Positions 50,238 to 62,678 of a DNA stretch of 64,000 nucleotides are shown one piece after another; the first letter of the stretch is position 1, and each line of letters opens with the position of its first letter. The translations under genes were made by a program, and so were the position numbers. Source of the DNA: Perna viridis (taxonomy: Eukaryota). The stretch is from contig CM074517.1 of NCBI GenBank assembly GCA_037379345.1, forward strand, positions 43,380,500 to 43,444,499, read 5' to 3'. The notes below the pieces were generated by a model. That model was not told the DNA's origin, ran no database searches, and was given only the letters and a program-made list of their open reading frames with translations.

Positions 50238-50507
50238 TCTCAAAGAAATGATTATGATTATATAGTGTTAATAATTAATTTTTTGGGTACTCTTTTTCAC
50301 ACTTATATGTCCACAGTGAAAATATCTAAGAAAACTAAAACATACTTGAAATAATGTATGATAGAAAATCTTAATCTCCATGTCAACTGTTCGGTGAAGT
50401 ACCTAAGGCAGTTCATGGAAGGAAGACCAACTCCATGAAGATTCCATGAAGATGATTATTTTTCTTGCTGTAACAGAATTGTCTCATAAGGTTAGGCAAA
50501 AAATATA

Positions 50508-51188
50508 CAGTCAAACCTCGGTAGCTCGAACTCCAAGGGACCATTGAAATGTGTTCAAGTTATCGGGAGTTCGAGAAATTGAAGTTTGTATATTTCCGGA
50601 TTTCTTTCATTGCCGGTCTGAGTTCGACTTTATCGTTAGAAATTGCTTACTTCCTCTGAAGTTGTGTTAGTTCGTGGATCTTTTTCTTTCGCTTTCAGAA
50701 GACTATGTTGATTTGTGGACATTAAAAATGCTGTGTTTTCTTTTAAAAATGTCCAGAGTGCCGGTTCATAGGTCAATAATTTGTTTTCATGTGATTTTCT
50801 TTCATGGTTTCATCATACCAACTTAGGAACATTCTCGAACTTCAATCAGTTTTATGTTAAGATCAAAACTACCTAATTAGTAATGACTTAAATATCACCT
50901 GTAATTAACTAAAATGGCACTGATTAATGATAGGGTTTAAGTTTTTCACACCTTTTATTACCCAAGCTGACAAAATGGCTGACGAGTTTGAGTTAGTGAG
51001 GGTTATTCTTGGAAGATTTATTACCGAATGGACCGACTAGTCCGTTAGAGTTTTCGAGAAATCGAAGTTCGAGAAATCCAAGGTTATTTATATTGATTAT
51101 ATAGGAGAAAAATTTTGGTACTTTGAATTGTGTTTGAAAAATCCTGGATGTTTGAGCCATCCGAGTTCGAGCGAGTGAAGTTCGACTG
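50508..51188. mobile_element. Tc1/mariner-pogo-type MITE, 681 bp
   Basis: TA on both sides. 26-bp TIR CAGTCAAACCTCGGTAGCTCGAACTC versus reverse complement CAGTCGAACTTCACTCGCTCGAACTC (5 mismatches). Internal GTTCGAG repeats and retained CpGs. Confidence 0.85.
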
Positions 51189-51929
51189 TATGTGTTTACA
51201 GTACCCCAACCGACCCTATTTTCCGACGCTGATCTTTAAACTGTTTTATTTGAAAAATCGACAGAAAATGAAAATTCAGAAATTTTGCTTCATCCTCATC
51301 TGGTTTTGTCTTTTACCAATAAAAACAAACATGGCAACCTCCGAGTCTGGGTTCCAGGCCCAGTCAATTGTCTTGTCTCTAACTTTAACATAATGCACCC
51401 ATTGAAAGGAAAAGATGAGTTTAATAGCCCAGTTCAGTGACTATTTCAGTGGATATATTTCATGGACACCATGGTCATAATTTGAAAAAACAATGAGTGT
51501 TCTATCAAAGCTAAGAATGTAACCCTGATTACTCTGAACCTCACTGTAAGGGAAATTGTAAAAAAAAAAAGGTCAACCTGCCCACTGTATTTTTTTTCAG
51601 CAGGGTACATTAAATACACATTTTTTGTTTTGGTCTTAGAATGCACATATACCTCATTCCTTGTACATTTCCATAGGTACATTTCCTATTGAATAATATT
51701 TGAGGCAATGAGGATCAATATGTATTTATTTTATCTGTTTTGAGCAGTAATATACAGCTGTTTATATGAAAATATGAGAAGTATGATGAAATCTGTTTCA
51801 ATGTTTATTGTTTGTTCTTATTTTGTAAACAAATCTTGTTAACATTACGTCACTTAAGATATAAACAATGTGACTATTGTGATGTAAAGGATCTTTCGCC
51901 AAATGGATCTGTTTTCTTTTCTTTTTCAG

Positions 51930-52064
51930 GTTATACAGGAACATTATGTGAAATTATAGACCCAAGAAGTGTTTGTTACCGCAACCCATGTCAAAATGAG
52001 GGCTCATGTTTAAACACTAATTCCCTGAATAACTACAAATGCCTTTGTCCCACTGGTTTTACAG
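51930..52064 (+). CDS. Notch: Notch exon 4: (G)YTGTLCEIIDPRSVCYRNPCQNEGSCLNTNSLNNYKCLCPTGFT(G), EGF3
   Basis: Pyrimidine tract plus CAG acceptor, GTATTT donor, 135 nt, phase 1->1. Confidence 0.92.
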
Positions 52065-53115
52065 GTATTTAAATTAGAGTTATCTCTCTTTGGTTTGTGT
52101 TATTACCTTTAACGGGGGAATCAATCTATTGATTTCATAGCAAAAAGTGCCATTAATTGTTTTGGGTTATCTACCTTTGGTCTGAATTTTGTGACCTAAA
52201 ATGTGCCACATAGGCAGTGACATTGATTTTTTTTCTCAAAAAATTTATTTTAGATTTATCTTCTACTTTTGATTTTTAGCTCTATCTCATGTTGTGACTG
52301 ATTAATTTAAAAAGGTTATCGGAAGTTTCCCTATGATAACATGCTGTGTATGTTTTGTTCTTGAAGAGATAGTTGTTTTCCTAAACTAATGGAGACGGGT
52401 TAATTTATACCTATTTATCTTCTATGTCGATTAACTGGATCATGTTATGTAATTCGTAAAAAAAGGTAGTTGAATTAGAACATGATGATTGATTATTAAA
52501 AAAAGAAAAAAAAGTCCTTGAATGATCAGGTGAAATGTATTTGAAAAGATTGAATTCTCTGATAGTAAATCTGTTGAAATTTATTACATAGCTGTTTAAA
52601 TGGCTTTCTATATTTTTTTTATCTCCTGGCTTGATTAATCAGACTATTTCATACAACAATACCTTAAGAATAGATTGCAATTAAATAAAATTTGCCATTC
52701 TGCAGTTAACACAAATAGTTAACCTCAAAGTTGATTATTTTCAACTTAAATGGAGGAAGGTTTCAATAAATCCCCCAAAAAATAAAAACAAGGACAATTG
52801 TACAAGTCATTTTGATGACGTTGAACCGAATGCTTTCAAATGATCGAATTGTTATCTTGCTTTTCCTACCAGTACCGTATAGCATCATAGATTCGCTAGT
52901 TTGTAAATATCTGCAAAAAAAATACTGAAGCATCAACAGTAGGATGATCATTTTAAGAATGCCAGTAATACTGAATGCTGGAGTCATGTGAACAGGCATT
53001 GATTCATAAGGGCATAAGCCCTACTTGAGAACTTGATTTTTTACAAATTCTACCCCCACAAATGATCTTACTTTGCATCTCTTGGACTTTTGTTTCCTTT
53101 GTTCTCTCACACCCA

Positions 53116-53450
53116 ACTGAAATCCTGGATCCCCCTTTGTGAAAGTACATGTGCTCATGGGTATCACTCGACTTTTCATGGTCTTCCCCAACTGAAGGAT
53201 CCACCCTTGGTGTAAGTACATGTGTTCCTGGGTATAGCTCAGTTTTTCATGGTTCTCCTCCCACTGAAGGATCCCCCCCTTGGTGTAACTACATGTGTTC
53301 CTTGGTATCACTCAACTTTTCATGGTTCTTCCCCGCTGAAGGATCCCCCCTTGGTGTAACTCAAATTTTCATGGTTTTCCCCCACTGAAACCTAGATCCA
53401 CCTTTGGTGTAAGTACTTGTGTACCAGGGTATCACTCAACTTTTCATGGT
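53116..53450. repeat. ~72-bp tandem repeat, ~4.5 copies
   Basis: RCTGAAGGATCC at 53191, 53263 and 53335. Confidence 0.9.
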
Positions 53451-53871
53451 TTGTCAAAACTTAATAGATTCATGGATTTTTTAATTTGTGGACTTCATTA
53501 GAGTTTTAAATGGTTATCATTTTGTATGAATTTTGAATTCTTTGTTTGATTGAACCACGAAAACCATGTAAATTGGTACCCAATGAATAAAATTTCTTTA
53601 CTAATATATCATAGTAGACAGGTTTCATTTCTCTCTTACAAAGTCTTAGTCAAATCTCATGCAGGGAATTGTCAGTCTGTCTCATATTTTTTCATTATGG
53701 TGAAGCTGTTTCATTTTGCCCTTGAAATGGACCATTTTCAGTATTAATCCATGAGGCCATATTTCTACCAGTAATTACTTGATAATTGTGAACACATGTA
53801 AGTAATGTTTTATGGAATGACTTCATGACACTTTTTTTTTTGTTTATTCACAAGGGAAATTTTTCTTGTAG

Positions 53872-54070
53872 GTCGTAACTGTGAATATATAGACTATTGT
53901 GAGAACAATCCATGTCGTAACCAGGGTTCCTGTATCTCCCTTGAAGATGGCTATAGATGTAACTGTGTATCAGGCTATACTGGACCAATGTGTATGACTG
54001 ATGTTGACGAGTGCCAGAATAATCCCTGCTTAAATGGGGGTTGTTGTGACAACAGAATGGGATCATATAT
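53872..54070 (+). CDS. Notch: Notch exon 5: (G)[65 protein letters not shown](I), EGF4 and calcium-binding EGF5
   Basis: TTGTAG acceptor and GTAAGT donor, 199 nt. DVDEC cbEGF motif falls in EGF5, as in Notch. Confidence 0.93.
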
Positions 54071-57000
54071 GTAAGTATATGTCAGGTGTCATATGGTATT
54101 TTGATCCTCGTGAAAAAATAAATGACAGATAAAAAAACTTTGAGGTGGAAATGGCTTTTATGTCTAGAAAAGCTTACTGAGTTTCCTGAAATCTTTGATT
54201 TCATACAATAACAGTTACAAGGTCTGCATTAGGCAAACAAATAAGCCATGTTTCCAGCTACCAGCAAGAAAAATATAGGGTAGGTAGGTAGGTTATGTTA
54301 TTTTTTCTAAAATATTTGACACTGAACCAATGGGGAAACAATATAGACTCAAGCAGTGCTTGAGCCAAAATGGCAAAAATTTTGTTTTGCCTAATAAAAA
54401 TGAGAAAAATAATATAAAAAAAAAAAAAAAAAAAGCATAGTTCTTCTGTTTTGTTGATTATAAAGTTGAGTTTGAAAATTTAGCACGTCAATCAAAGAAT
54501 CAGGGGGAGGGGAAACCATATTTTTACTAAATTGCTAGATTTTCAAAGACTTTAAATTAATGAAAATTTATCAACTTGACATATTATCCTTATCATTAAT
54601 TTCATTAGGAAGTATATATCTATTTTTTTTTAAGGTGAAATACTTTGTTTTTCATACCACTTCACTGCTATAAAAAATATGGTAAAATAGTATGAATTCA
54701 TGACCTTATGTTCAATGGTGTTATTGAACTAATCACCATGCACATTCAAATAATTTATGTCCTATTAGAGATGTAATTGTTATATAATAAATTATTAATG
54801 GGACTTTGGTGTTTTTCTGGACAAAGTATATTGTAACGTAATTAAATAAGACATCTTTTTCAGCCTTGGGGGTACATGTTCTGCTTCTTGGTCAAAAATA
54901 TTCACATGATGAATAGGTTTCTAATTCTGGCAGCCATGGTTTAAGTTCAAGATATTTTTGCAGTACCTGTATAGGTGTCAAAATAACTTTATTTACAGTA
55001 ATGTCGCATTCATTTGAGTACATCACATGTAAATATATATTTAAGTCAAAATTTGCTACAATTTTGGTTTTTTTTTGTTTTTTTTGTTTTTTGTTTGTTT
55101 TTTTGTAGGGGGGGGATTTGAGAATTTGAAAAGAATAGTTTCTAAACATTATCTGTATTTTAGAGATGTGTAACATTGCTTTAAGTCAATCTTACCAGTG
55201 AATTAACTGTATTTTTCTTTAAATCACTTTTTTCTAAATAAATTGCCTGACTTTTTCAATTCAAAATGTAATTTACTTCTAAGGCAAAAGGATAAATGAA
55301 ATAAACAACATTTTAAGCAATTTATGAAATGTATATAAGTTGAAAAACCTAATTGTTAATTGAGAAAATTTTTTTCTTCCAAGCACTGCCACATTATAAA
55401 TATTTGAACTTGTTTGTCATCCAATGATTACCTCCCCTTTAGACCCTCATTTAACTAATGGATGATTAATGTAGATTGACCACAGTTGGGTAACTTTAAT
55501 ACCTGATCCAGGTAAAACAATCAGTTAAGTCTTGACTTTCTGTCTTGTAATGTTCTTTTTACCATGTAGATTGTAATCAGCTGACAATAAGGAACTGTTC
55601 AGTGAGTGGGGGTGTTAAGGCACAGGGAAACAATGGGTGAAAGTGGAGATCGAAAGATATTGATGAAATCTTGGTGAAATCTTCAACTTTCAGAAATTGA
55701 TCCTAGATCAAATGCTTGGATGATGATAAAGTGTTCTGATTTGTGGGAAACTTTCTTTTCTCCTTATTTGTTCTATATGTCACCTTGAAAATGATGAAAT
55801 GCTTCATTGCTGATCTTAGTGTAATCTTTGCTGCTGGATTTATGACATAATGTTCCAGGGAAACTACGGAAATTAATTGACTAAATGCTTCAATGCAGAA
55901 ATAAAGTTATCAAAGATTGATATTATATTGATATTATAGTTATTTTTTTTATGCAACCTCTCCCTTTACTTAAAAGTATGTATTAGTTATTATGATGTTG
56001 GAAAAGTTAGGTTCATGTGACTAAGGTCTCATTGCTTGGTTGCAGTGTTAGGGCAACTAAATTTGATAGCTTGAATTTCATCCATGGGTCCACAAAAAGA
56101 GCAGGGAAGATGGGAAGATTTTATTTTTTATTTTCTTTTTCATCCTGTAACTTGTCTAGAATTACAATTGTCATTTTAATCTATCAAATACTGGAAACAT
56201 ATATAGAGAGACCTCCTCGGTAAATATTGACATTAAACATTATATGTTTTTTTTATGATCACATACCATCTTCTTTTCTCCATATTTAGTATTGCAACAA
56301 CACAGAGTAAAGCAAACACCATTTTTGTTACAAGGAAGTGTAATAAACACTCTAAAAGCGGTTCCACGCCAGGCCTTAGACACATAGAAAAAATTGGGGC
56401 TAGAGTATTTTCGAGGGGATGAAAATCTATCTATTTTAATTGGCCTCATCACCTCATTTTGGTTTGCAGTACAACCATATGAATACTTGTGTCCTCGTTT
56501 ATTGCTTCGTCATTTTTCTTTTAAACAATCTACCTATATAAAACCTGCTTCATCTGGTTCAATAGAGTCAAACATGGTAGGATTCTATGAGCAGTTCAAT
56601 TAGTGCCAAAGAAAGAAATGTAAGAATTCGCACGATTTTTTAATTCTGTGATTAGACTAAGATAATGTATGTATGAATTATCCATGAATGAACTCATTTT
56701 TTTGTGAGTTCCATGAGTTTTAGTTTTTGTGATTTTGTCATACCAAGTATAAAAATTCCCAATGAAATGTAGCATTTTTATTATCATTTGTGAACAATGA
56801 ACTAACATAGAATCTGAACATAAAGAAACATGAATTAAAGTACCATCTTAGTATTCATTTGATACAGTGTAGGTACAATTTTTGGGGGTTTTTTTTTGTG
56901 CAAAATTACAAATGTTATGGACAAGGTAGTACCAGTGGTAGTATATATTCCATCTGAATAGTGAATAGACTATTCTTTATAGTACAATTGTCCACCTTTC

Positions 57001-58227
57001 AATGGTGAATTTCTAGCATAGTTGTATTTTCTCACACACCCAGGACAATATACAGTGATGATACTGCCCTAGAAATGGGACAATTATCTACTTTGTTGTT
57101 AGGTCATTGGACATCTGACTCTTCAAGTTTCATTTGAAGTTTGAAGTGGAATTACCGGTTATCTTCTGTACCAACATATGAAATCTTTAAAAGTTCAGAG
57201 TTCATTTTAAGTGAAAAAATAATGGATTAATTTACATTTGTATGAAATTATTTCAATTATACTTTATTTAGTATCACTTGACTGTTTTTTTTCTAAATTA
57301 GGTTAATATAGGGCTGGTCCTTAGACTTAAAATAGATTCTGTTTCCTGTGCTCATATTGTACAGAACAACATTTTCGCAAAAAAAATATTTTGAGTACAT
57401 GTTATTTTTTTTCCATTATATATAGGTTTTCTGTAAGTTAAAGCTTAATAATGAATGTGTAAACACAATTCATCAATTACAAATTCAGGAAGAGCAAATA
57501 TGGTGCCTCAGGAAACAATTGAGAGGATCTTCCTTCCAACTTGAAAGAACAACTGGTGAAAAAGTTCCTTGTTGGCCTTCACAAGGACACAATACTATAC
57601 CAAGTTCTTCTGGTGCATTTAAAATTAGATTTTTTTTTTTATATTTTTTTTAAATACTACTATTAATAGGTTTTGTTATTATTGTTGTTTGTTTTTTTTT
57701 TTCTGATCTGATTTTTGTGACTAACGTAATACAAATTATGAAATGGTATAGTATTTGTTGACAATAAATTTATACAAGCTGAAAAAAAACAAATAGATAT
57801 AGCTATGAAGTACAAGTACATGTATTTAGGGTGATTCCTAGGAAATTGTAATGTGTAGACAGAAAGTTTATTAACAGGTACAGTACAGAAAGAGGCATAC
57901 CATGACTAATCACTGTGATAGTGGTAACCACTTACAGAGTGGACATTTAATTACTTTTTTACTATTAGAGATAACTTTATACTTTTTTTCAACATTGAGA
58001 GTGGTAGGGCATATTGATTTGAATACAGAAAAGTTTAAATGTATCTTTAGAAATACAAAAGTTATTCATATTCAAAATTTTCAGCAATTACCACAACCAT
58101 GGTGATTATTCATGGTATGTCTCTTTCTGTACTGTAACTGAATGCAGCCATTTGTAGGAATAAAAGGTCCTTTGCACTTTCAAATGTTCTGCCATGATAT
58201 TTGAATGGTCAGGCATACCTCAATGCC

Positions 58228-58378
58228 AGTCTTTGAAATTGACACCAGCCTGATAGCCATGGCTGGTAAAAATGCTTGTGGGCTTGCAGAATTTGGCTAA
58301 CATGTCAATGATTTCTATATGAGATCATTAAAATTTTTGAGCTCAGGGTTGTTGTCAGAAATTTATATGGCAAAGACT
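58228..58378. mobile_element. ~150-bp MITE-like repeat, second copy at about 30867-31018
   Basis: Shared GGTAAAAAT...GTGGGCTTGCAGAA...GGCAAAGACT. Termini CAGTCTTTG / CAAAGACT(G). Confidence 0.55.
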
Positions 58379-58908
58379 TCTGATTGAATGCCCCTGTAAA
58401 TTACATGGGTGCCTAGTATTATATAAAGATCTAAAGTTGTGTGTATGTCCCAAGAATATAGGTTTGGATTTAACATGTAGTTATTTTTTAGTCTATTGTC
58501 TCTGCGTCTTTTTGGCCAAACTTTTTAATATTTCCATGTTCAGGTAGACATTATGGTAAGTCGCTGTCACATGTTTTTACAATATTTTAAGAAAATGCTT
58601 TGAGGGATTTTGATGACTTTTTGGGAACAATGGATTTTTTGTGAAGGCAGTTATGTTTTTTGTTTTTGTTTTGTGTTTAACTGTTTTCCTTTCTTCTGTT
58701 CTAATGTAAGGAGACTTTGAATACTGTGAAGTGGGAGTAGAAGTGGGGTTGAGGTTTGTCATATATATGTATGTATGACATATGTATGGGTATGTCAGCT
58801 GTTTATTTAAAATAGAAAAATGTTAAGCTTTCCATCAGCGTCATAAAAATGTACTTTTGTATGCAGATTATCAAATACCTATACACCTGAAATTTTGTAT
58901 ATTTCCAG

Positions 58909-59042
58909 ATGCCATTGTGACTTAAAGTACACTGGACAGAACTGTGAACAGCTTTATGTTCCATGCTCTCCTTCCCCTTGTTTAAATGGAGGTACTTGTG
59001 TAACGTCAGGGACAACAACTTATCAGTGTCTCTGTAAAACAG
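58909..59042 (+). CDS. Notch: Notch exon 6: [44 protein letters not shown](G), end of EGF5 and EGF6; gene continues past the window
   Basis: TTCCAG acceptor and GTAAGA donor, 134 nt. [15 protein letters not shown] is the characteristic start of Notch EGF6. Confidence 0.94.
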
Positions 59043-61745
59043 GTAAGATTATCTCCCTTTTTTTTAGTATCTGTTTTTCTACATTCCCCCCAAATTTTGC
59101 AATTTTATATCAGATAACTTATTATTTGTAGTTTGCTTCATAATAGGGTTTGTTGTAAATTTTTACCTCACTCAAAATATTATATGTAAGAAATGTCTTC
59201 TTCTGGAAAAGTTCATTTGAATTTGTGTCTATAATGTTTTCTGAATTAGTATAGAATAAAATTTTGTTATTTATCATTTTTACGTTGTGGAAATACAAAT
59301 TATAACAATACTGGTAATATGAATCCTTTTAAACTGAGCTTTTGTGAAGTTGTGACCTGATGGCAATGTCGTTTGAACAACTGATAAGGTAATAACAGTG
59401 CTTTAAATTGTTTGTAAAAATGACTTATTTTTAACACAAAATATTTGAATAATGTGTTTCTTTCCCAAACATGAAATTAAGTCAAATTGCATCAGATTTA
59501 TTCCCTGATAGGATAATATTGTTTTAACCATAACATTTAAGTTTCTTGTGCCAATGTTGAGAAAAATGTGCACCTTTATCAATAGGAAGGTATAACAAAG
59601 CCTTCTATTTATACATCTACCTGTTATTGAACCCCCCTTTATTTGTACAAATCATTTACAATTAATATGGCATAATAGGGGCCATTTGTGTTTTATTGTT
59701 CCTTGACTTACAAAGGGGCATTCAAAAGATAGAATTATTTCACCTTAAATTTGTTATTCTTAACTGCACAAGGGGGCTTTCAATGAATGTCAAATGGCGA
59801 TGAAATGATTTGGTATTATTTGCTTCAGACAATAGAGAGAATTCCTATCACTGATCTTTATTCATTGGTGGTTCTTTTTATTACGTATTTGATCGAAATT
59901 ACTAAACATATATGATTTATAATACTGTAGTTTTCATTCTTTTCAAAGTCAGATTTTTGACACTCTGTATATAAATAATTATTGAAATGGGTCTTTCTTT
60001 TATGTGTTCTGTAATGTTCTCCCTTTAATAATCAAAATGTAAATAATTTGTGGATTTTATTCACCAACACAAACAAGCTAAGGAGGACAGCTTTGCACTG
60101 GAAAATCGTGAGAAACTCAATAAATATGTTAAGGAGTTTACACCCTGTAGAAATTTGTCAAACAAGAGCCGCAATTTAGAGTGTCATCACCAGTTGCGTC
60201 GTCAGTATGAAGTAGTGTGATGTACTACTTACCGGTAACAATTGTTTGTAACACATCGTTACATGTTCTTGTTCATTATCTCTACTTTCTCCGCTTTATT
60301 TGCTAGGGAAGCTTTATTCGTGTACTTAAATCTACTTGAAACAATACAAATTTTTGTTATGAAGTATTTTGTGTGACCACACAGCAAATCATATGATATT
60401 CCTTCTTCAGAAGCTGCTTAACTCTTCATTTTGTAACATTTTATTTCCTGGTGGCACCATCTTTATATTGTTCTTTGGTGTCTGTCTGTCCTCCTACATG
60501 TCATACTATATTTCAGATATGTTTTGATGTTAAAATTTATATTGTTTTTTTTTATTCATTATTTAGGAACTTGTCAATAGAAAATCAACATACATGTATT
60601 TATAAAACCAAAACAAAAAAAAACAAGTTGATGCCCCATAAACCAGTTACTCATTAAATGTGACATTTATAGGTTACAATGTTTATTTCTCTTTTTGTCA
60701 TCTATAGATTATTATTATAAAGATTTCTTAAGAAAATTTTGGTTTTCAGTGTAAATGTGGTCATACACCTGATCTATACAAATACCTCAACAATTGTTAC
60801 CCTTTTTTTTTGTCAAATTGTCAAGGCATGTACTTTTATTTAATTACTTTTGCTGTGATGAAAATTCATTTCCCATTTGCTATTAAAGCAGAAAAATTGT
60901 CATTACAAGAAAAACCTTCCTTTTATTACACATTAGAGCAAGGTGATCAAACGAAGATGCGGTTTCATTTCCCTGTCCCGTCACGCTCCTGAACTGTATT
61001 CAACCTGAATTTCTCTCTGTCACACAAAAGACTGTTCTTGAAATGAACTTGAATTGAATCATGTGTTGTCATAGAAATCATATTAATGTGAAGAGCTGAT
61101 CCATTAATACATAATGGTTCATTTAACATGGTGTTGGTCTTGCTAAGTTTTCTGAGAAATTCTTAAGCTTATGGTTCCATATACATGTTTGGGGTTTTCC
61201 TTTACAGGTGTAGCATAATAATTGACCAGGTGTGAAGCCTTTTGATGTTTTTCATTGGTCTTATGTAGATTTCATAAATTGATATTCTCTTTTAGACAGT
61301 AGAAATGCAAAATAGCATTTAAAGAACATTTTAGGAAGTGTTAGTATTTATTGCAAGTTTATTTACTCAGTCTTTCCAAAGTATAAGGATACCTTAAATG
61401 ACTCCCCCCCCCCACCACCACCACCATAAAAAAAAAATCTTTAATGTCATTCCAGATTCATTAAGCAGATAGTTTTTTTTTAAATATAGGAAACAAGGAA
61501 GTAGATTTACTGAAGGTATTCATGTACAAAAATAAACTTGAGGATCACAAAAAGAACAAAAAATTAATAATGTCCAAAATATAGAACTATAAAAATACTC
61601 ACAGAAAAGTGGATGTGACGGTGAAAAGTACTGAAAAATGTAGGTCAAAGTGTTTCAGTAAGATGAGTAGTTCATGCTCTTTGCAACTCACATGCCTTGC
61701 TGATTTTTTAAGGTCAAGCCTGTAGGATAACTTAATGCAACCTTA

Positions 61746-62678
61746 TTTTTAGCTCGCCTGACCAAAGGCCATGTGAGCTATTGCCATTACTTGGCATCTG
61801 TTGTCGTCGTCGTTAACAATTATACAAAACTCTTCTCCTCTGAAACTCCTTGACCAGTTGAAACCAGACTTGGTATAAATGTTCCTTGGGGTATCCTGCA
61901 TAGAACTGATGTGGGGTTTTTTGATTTGTCAAAAAACATGGCTGCCGTTACTATAAATAGAACATAGGGGGTCAGACAGTAGTTTTTCACATATATCTCC
62001 TTAACCATTAGGTTTAGCTAAATTCTGACATAGGTTAAAATGTTTAGCATGATGAGGTCTATCTCTGGTTAAAGTCCGTTTTTTTATCCATTAAGCCATG
62101 TAGGAGTTATTGTCCTTTTTCAATGATTTTTGCCATTTTTAATGTTATTTCTTTCAAAAATCTTCTCCTCTGACACTACTTAACCAATTGAAACTAAACT
62201 TGATGTGAATGTTTTTTGGGGTATCCTGCATAGAACTGGTGTGGGGATTTTTGATTCGTTGAAAAACATGGCCGCCATTACTAAAAATAGAACATAGGGG
62301 TCAGACAGTAGTTTTTCACATATATCTCCTAAAACATTAGGTTTAACTAAATTCTGACAGGGTAAAAGTGTTCAGCACGATGAGATCTATCTCTGGTCAA
62401 ATTTTGATTTTAATCTGTTAAGCCATGTTAGAGTTACTGCCCTTTTTCAACAATTTTTACTAAAAATAGAACGGGTCAGACAATAGTTTTTCACATATTT
62501 TATCTCTAAAACCTTTAGGTTTAGCCAAATTCTTTCGGTTGCTGAAATTATCCTTATTGTAAGGCCTAAAAAAGTCTCCAGGGATCAAAGTTGTCAGATG
62601 ACTCCATGTAAGAGTTAATGCCCTTGAATGGTGAAAAATTACCAGGTGAGCGATTCAGGCTCCTGAGAGCCTCTTGTT
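61746..62678 (+). mobile_element. Non-autonomous Helentron/HINE (DINE-1/pearl-like) element with ~329-bp internal repeats
   Basis: 5' TTTTTAGCTCGCCTG and 3' CAGGTGAGC subterminal IRs. (GTC)n microsatellite. Repeated core starting at 61832 and 62162. 3' hairpin AGGCTC-CTGA-GAGCCT followed by CTTGTTT. Confidence 0.85.

Noticed and set aside
49388-50354. ORFs up to 135 aa (YQFWQVSVLAGISS repeats)
   Set aside because: They are translations of the 16-bp minisatellite, with no splice or homology support.
61195-61225. Acceptor-like TTTCCTTTACAG|GTG as Notch exon 7
   Set aside because: The required phase hits TAA after three codons and no EGF pattern follows.
516-62008. Remaining 60-110 aa ORFs in the supplied track
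   Set aside because: Low-complexity AT-rich composition and no recognisable domains. Several overlap repeats or are antisense to real exons.
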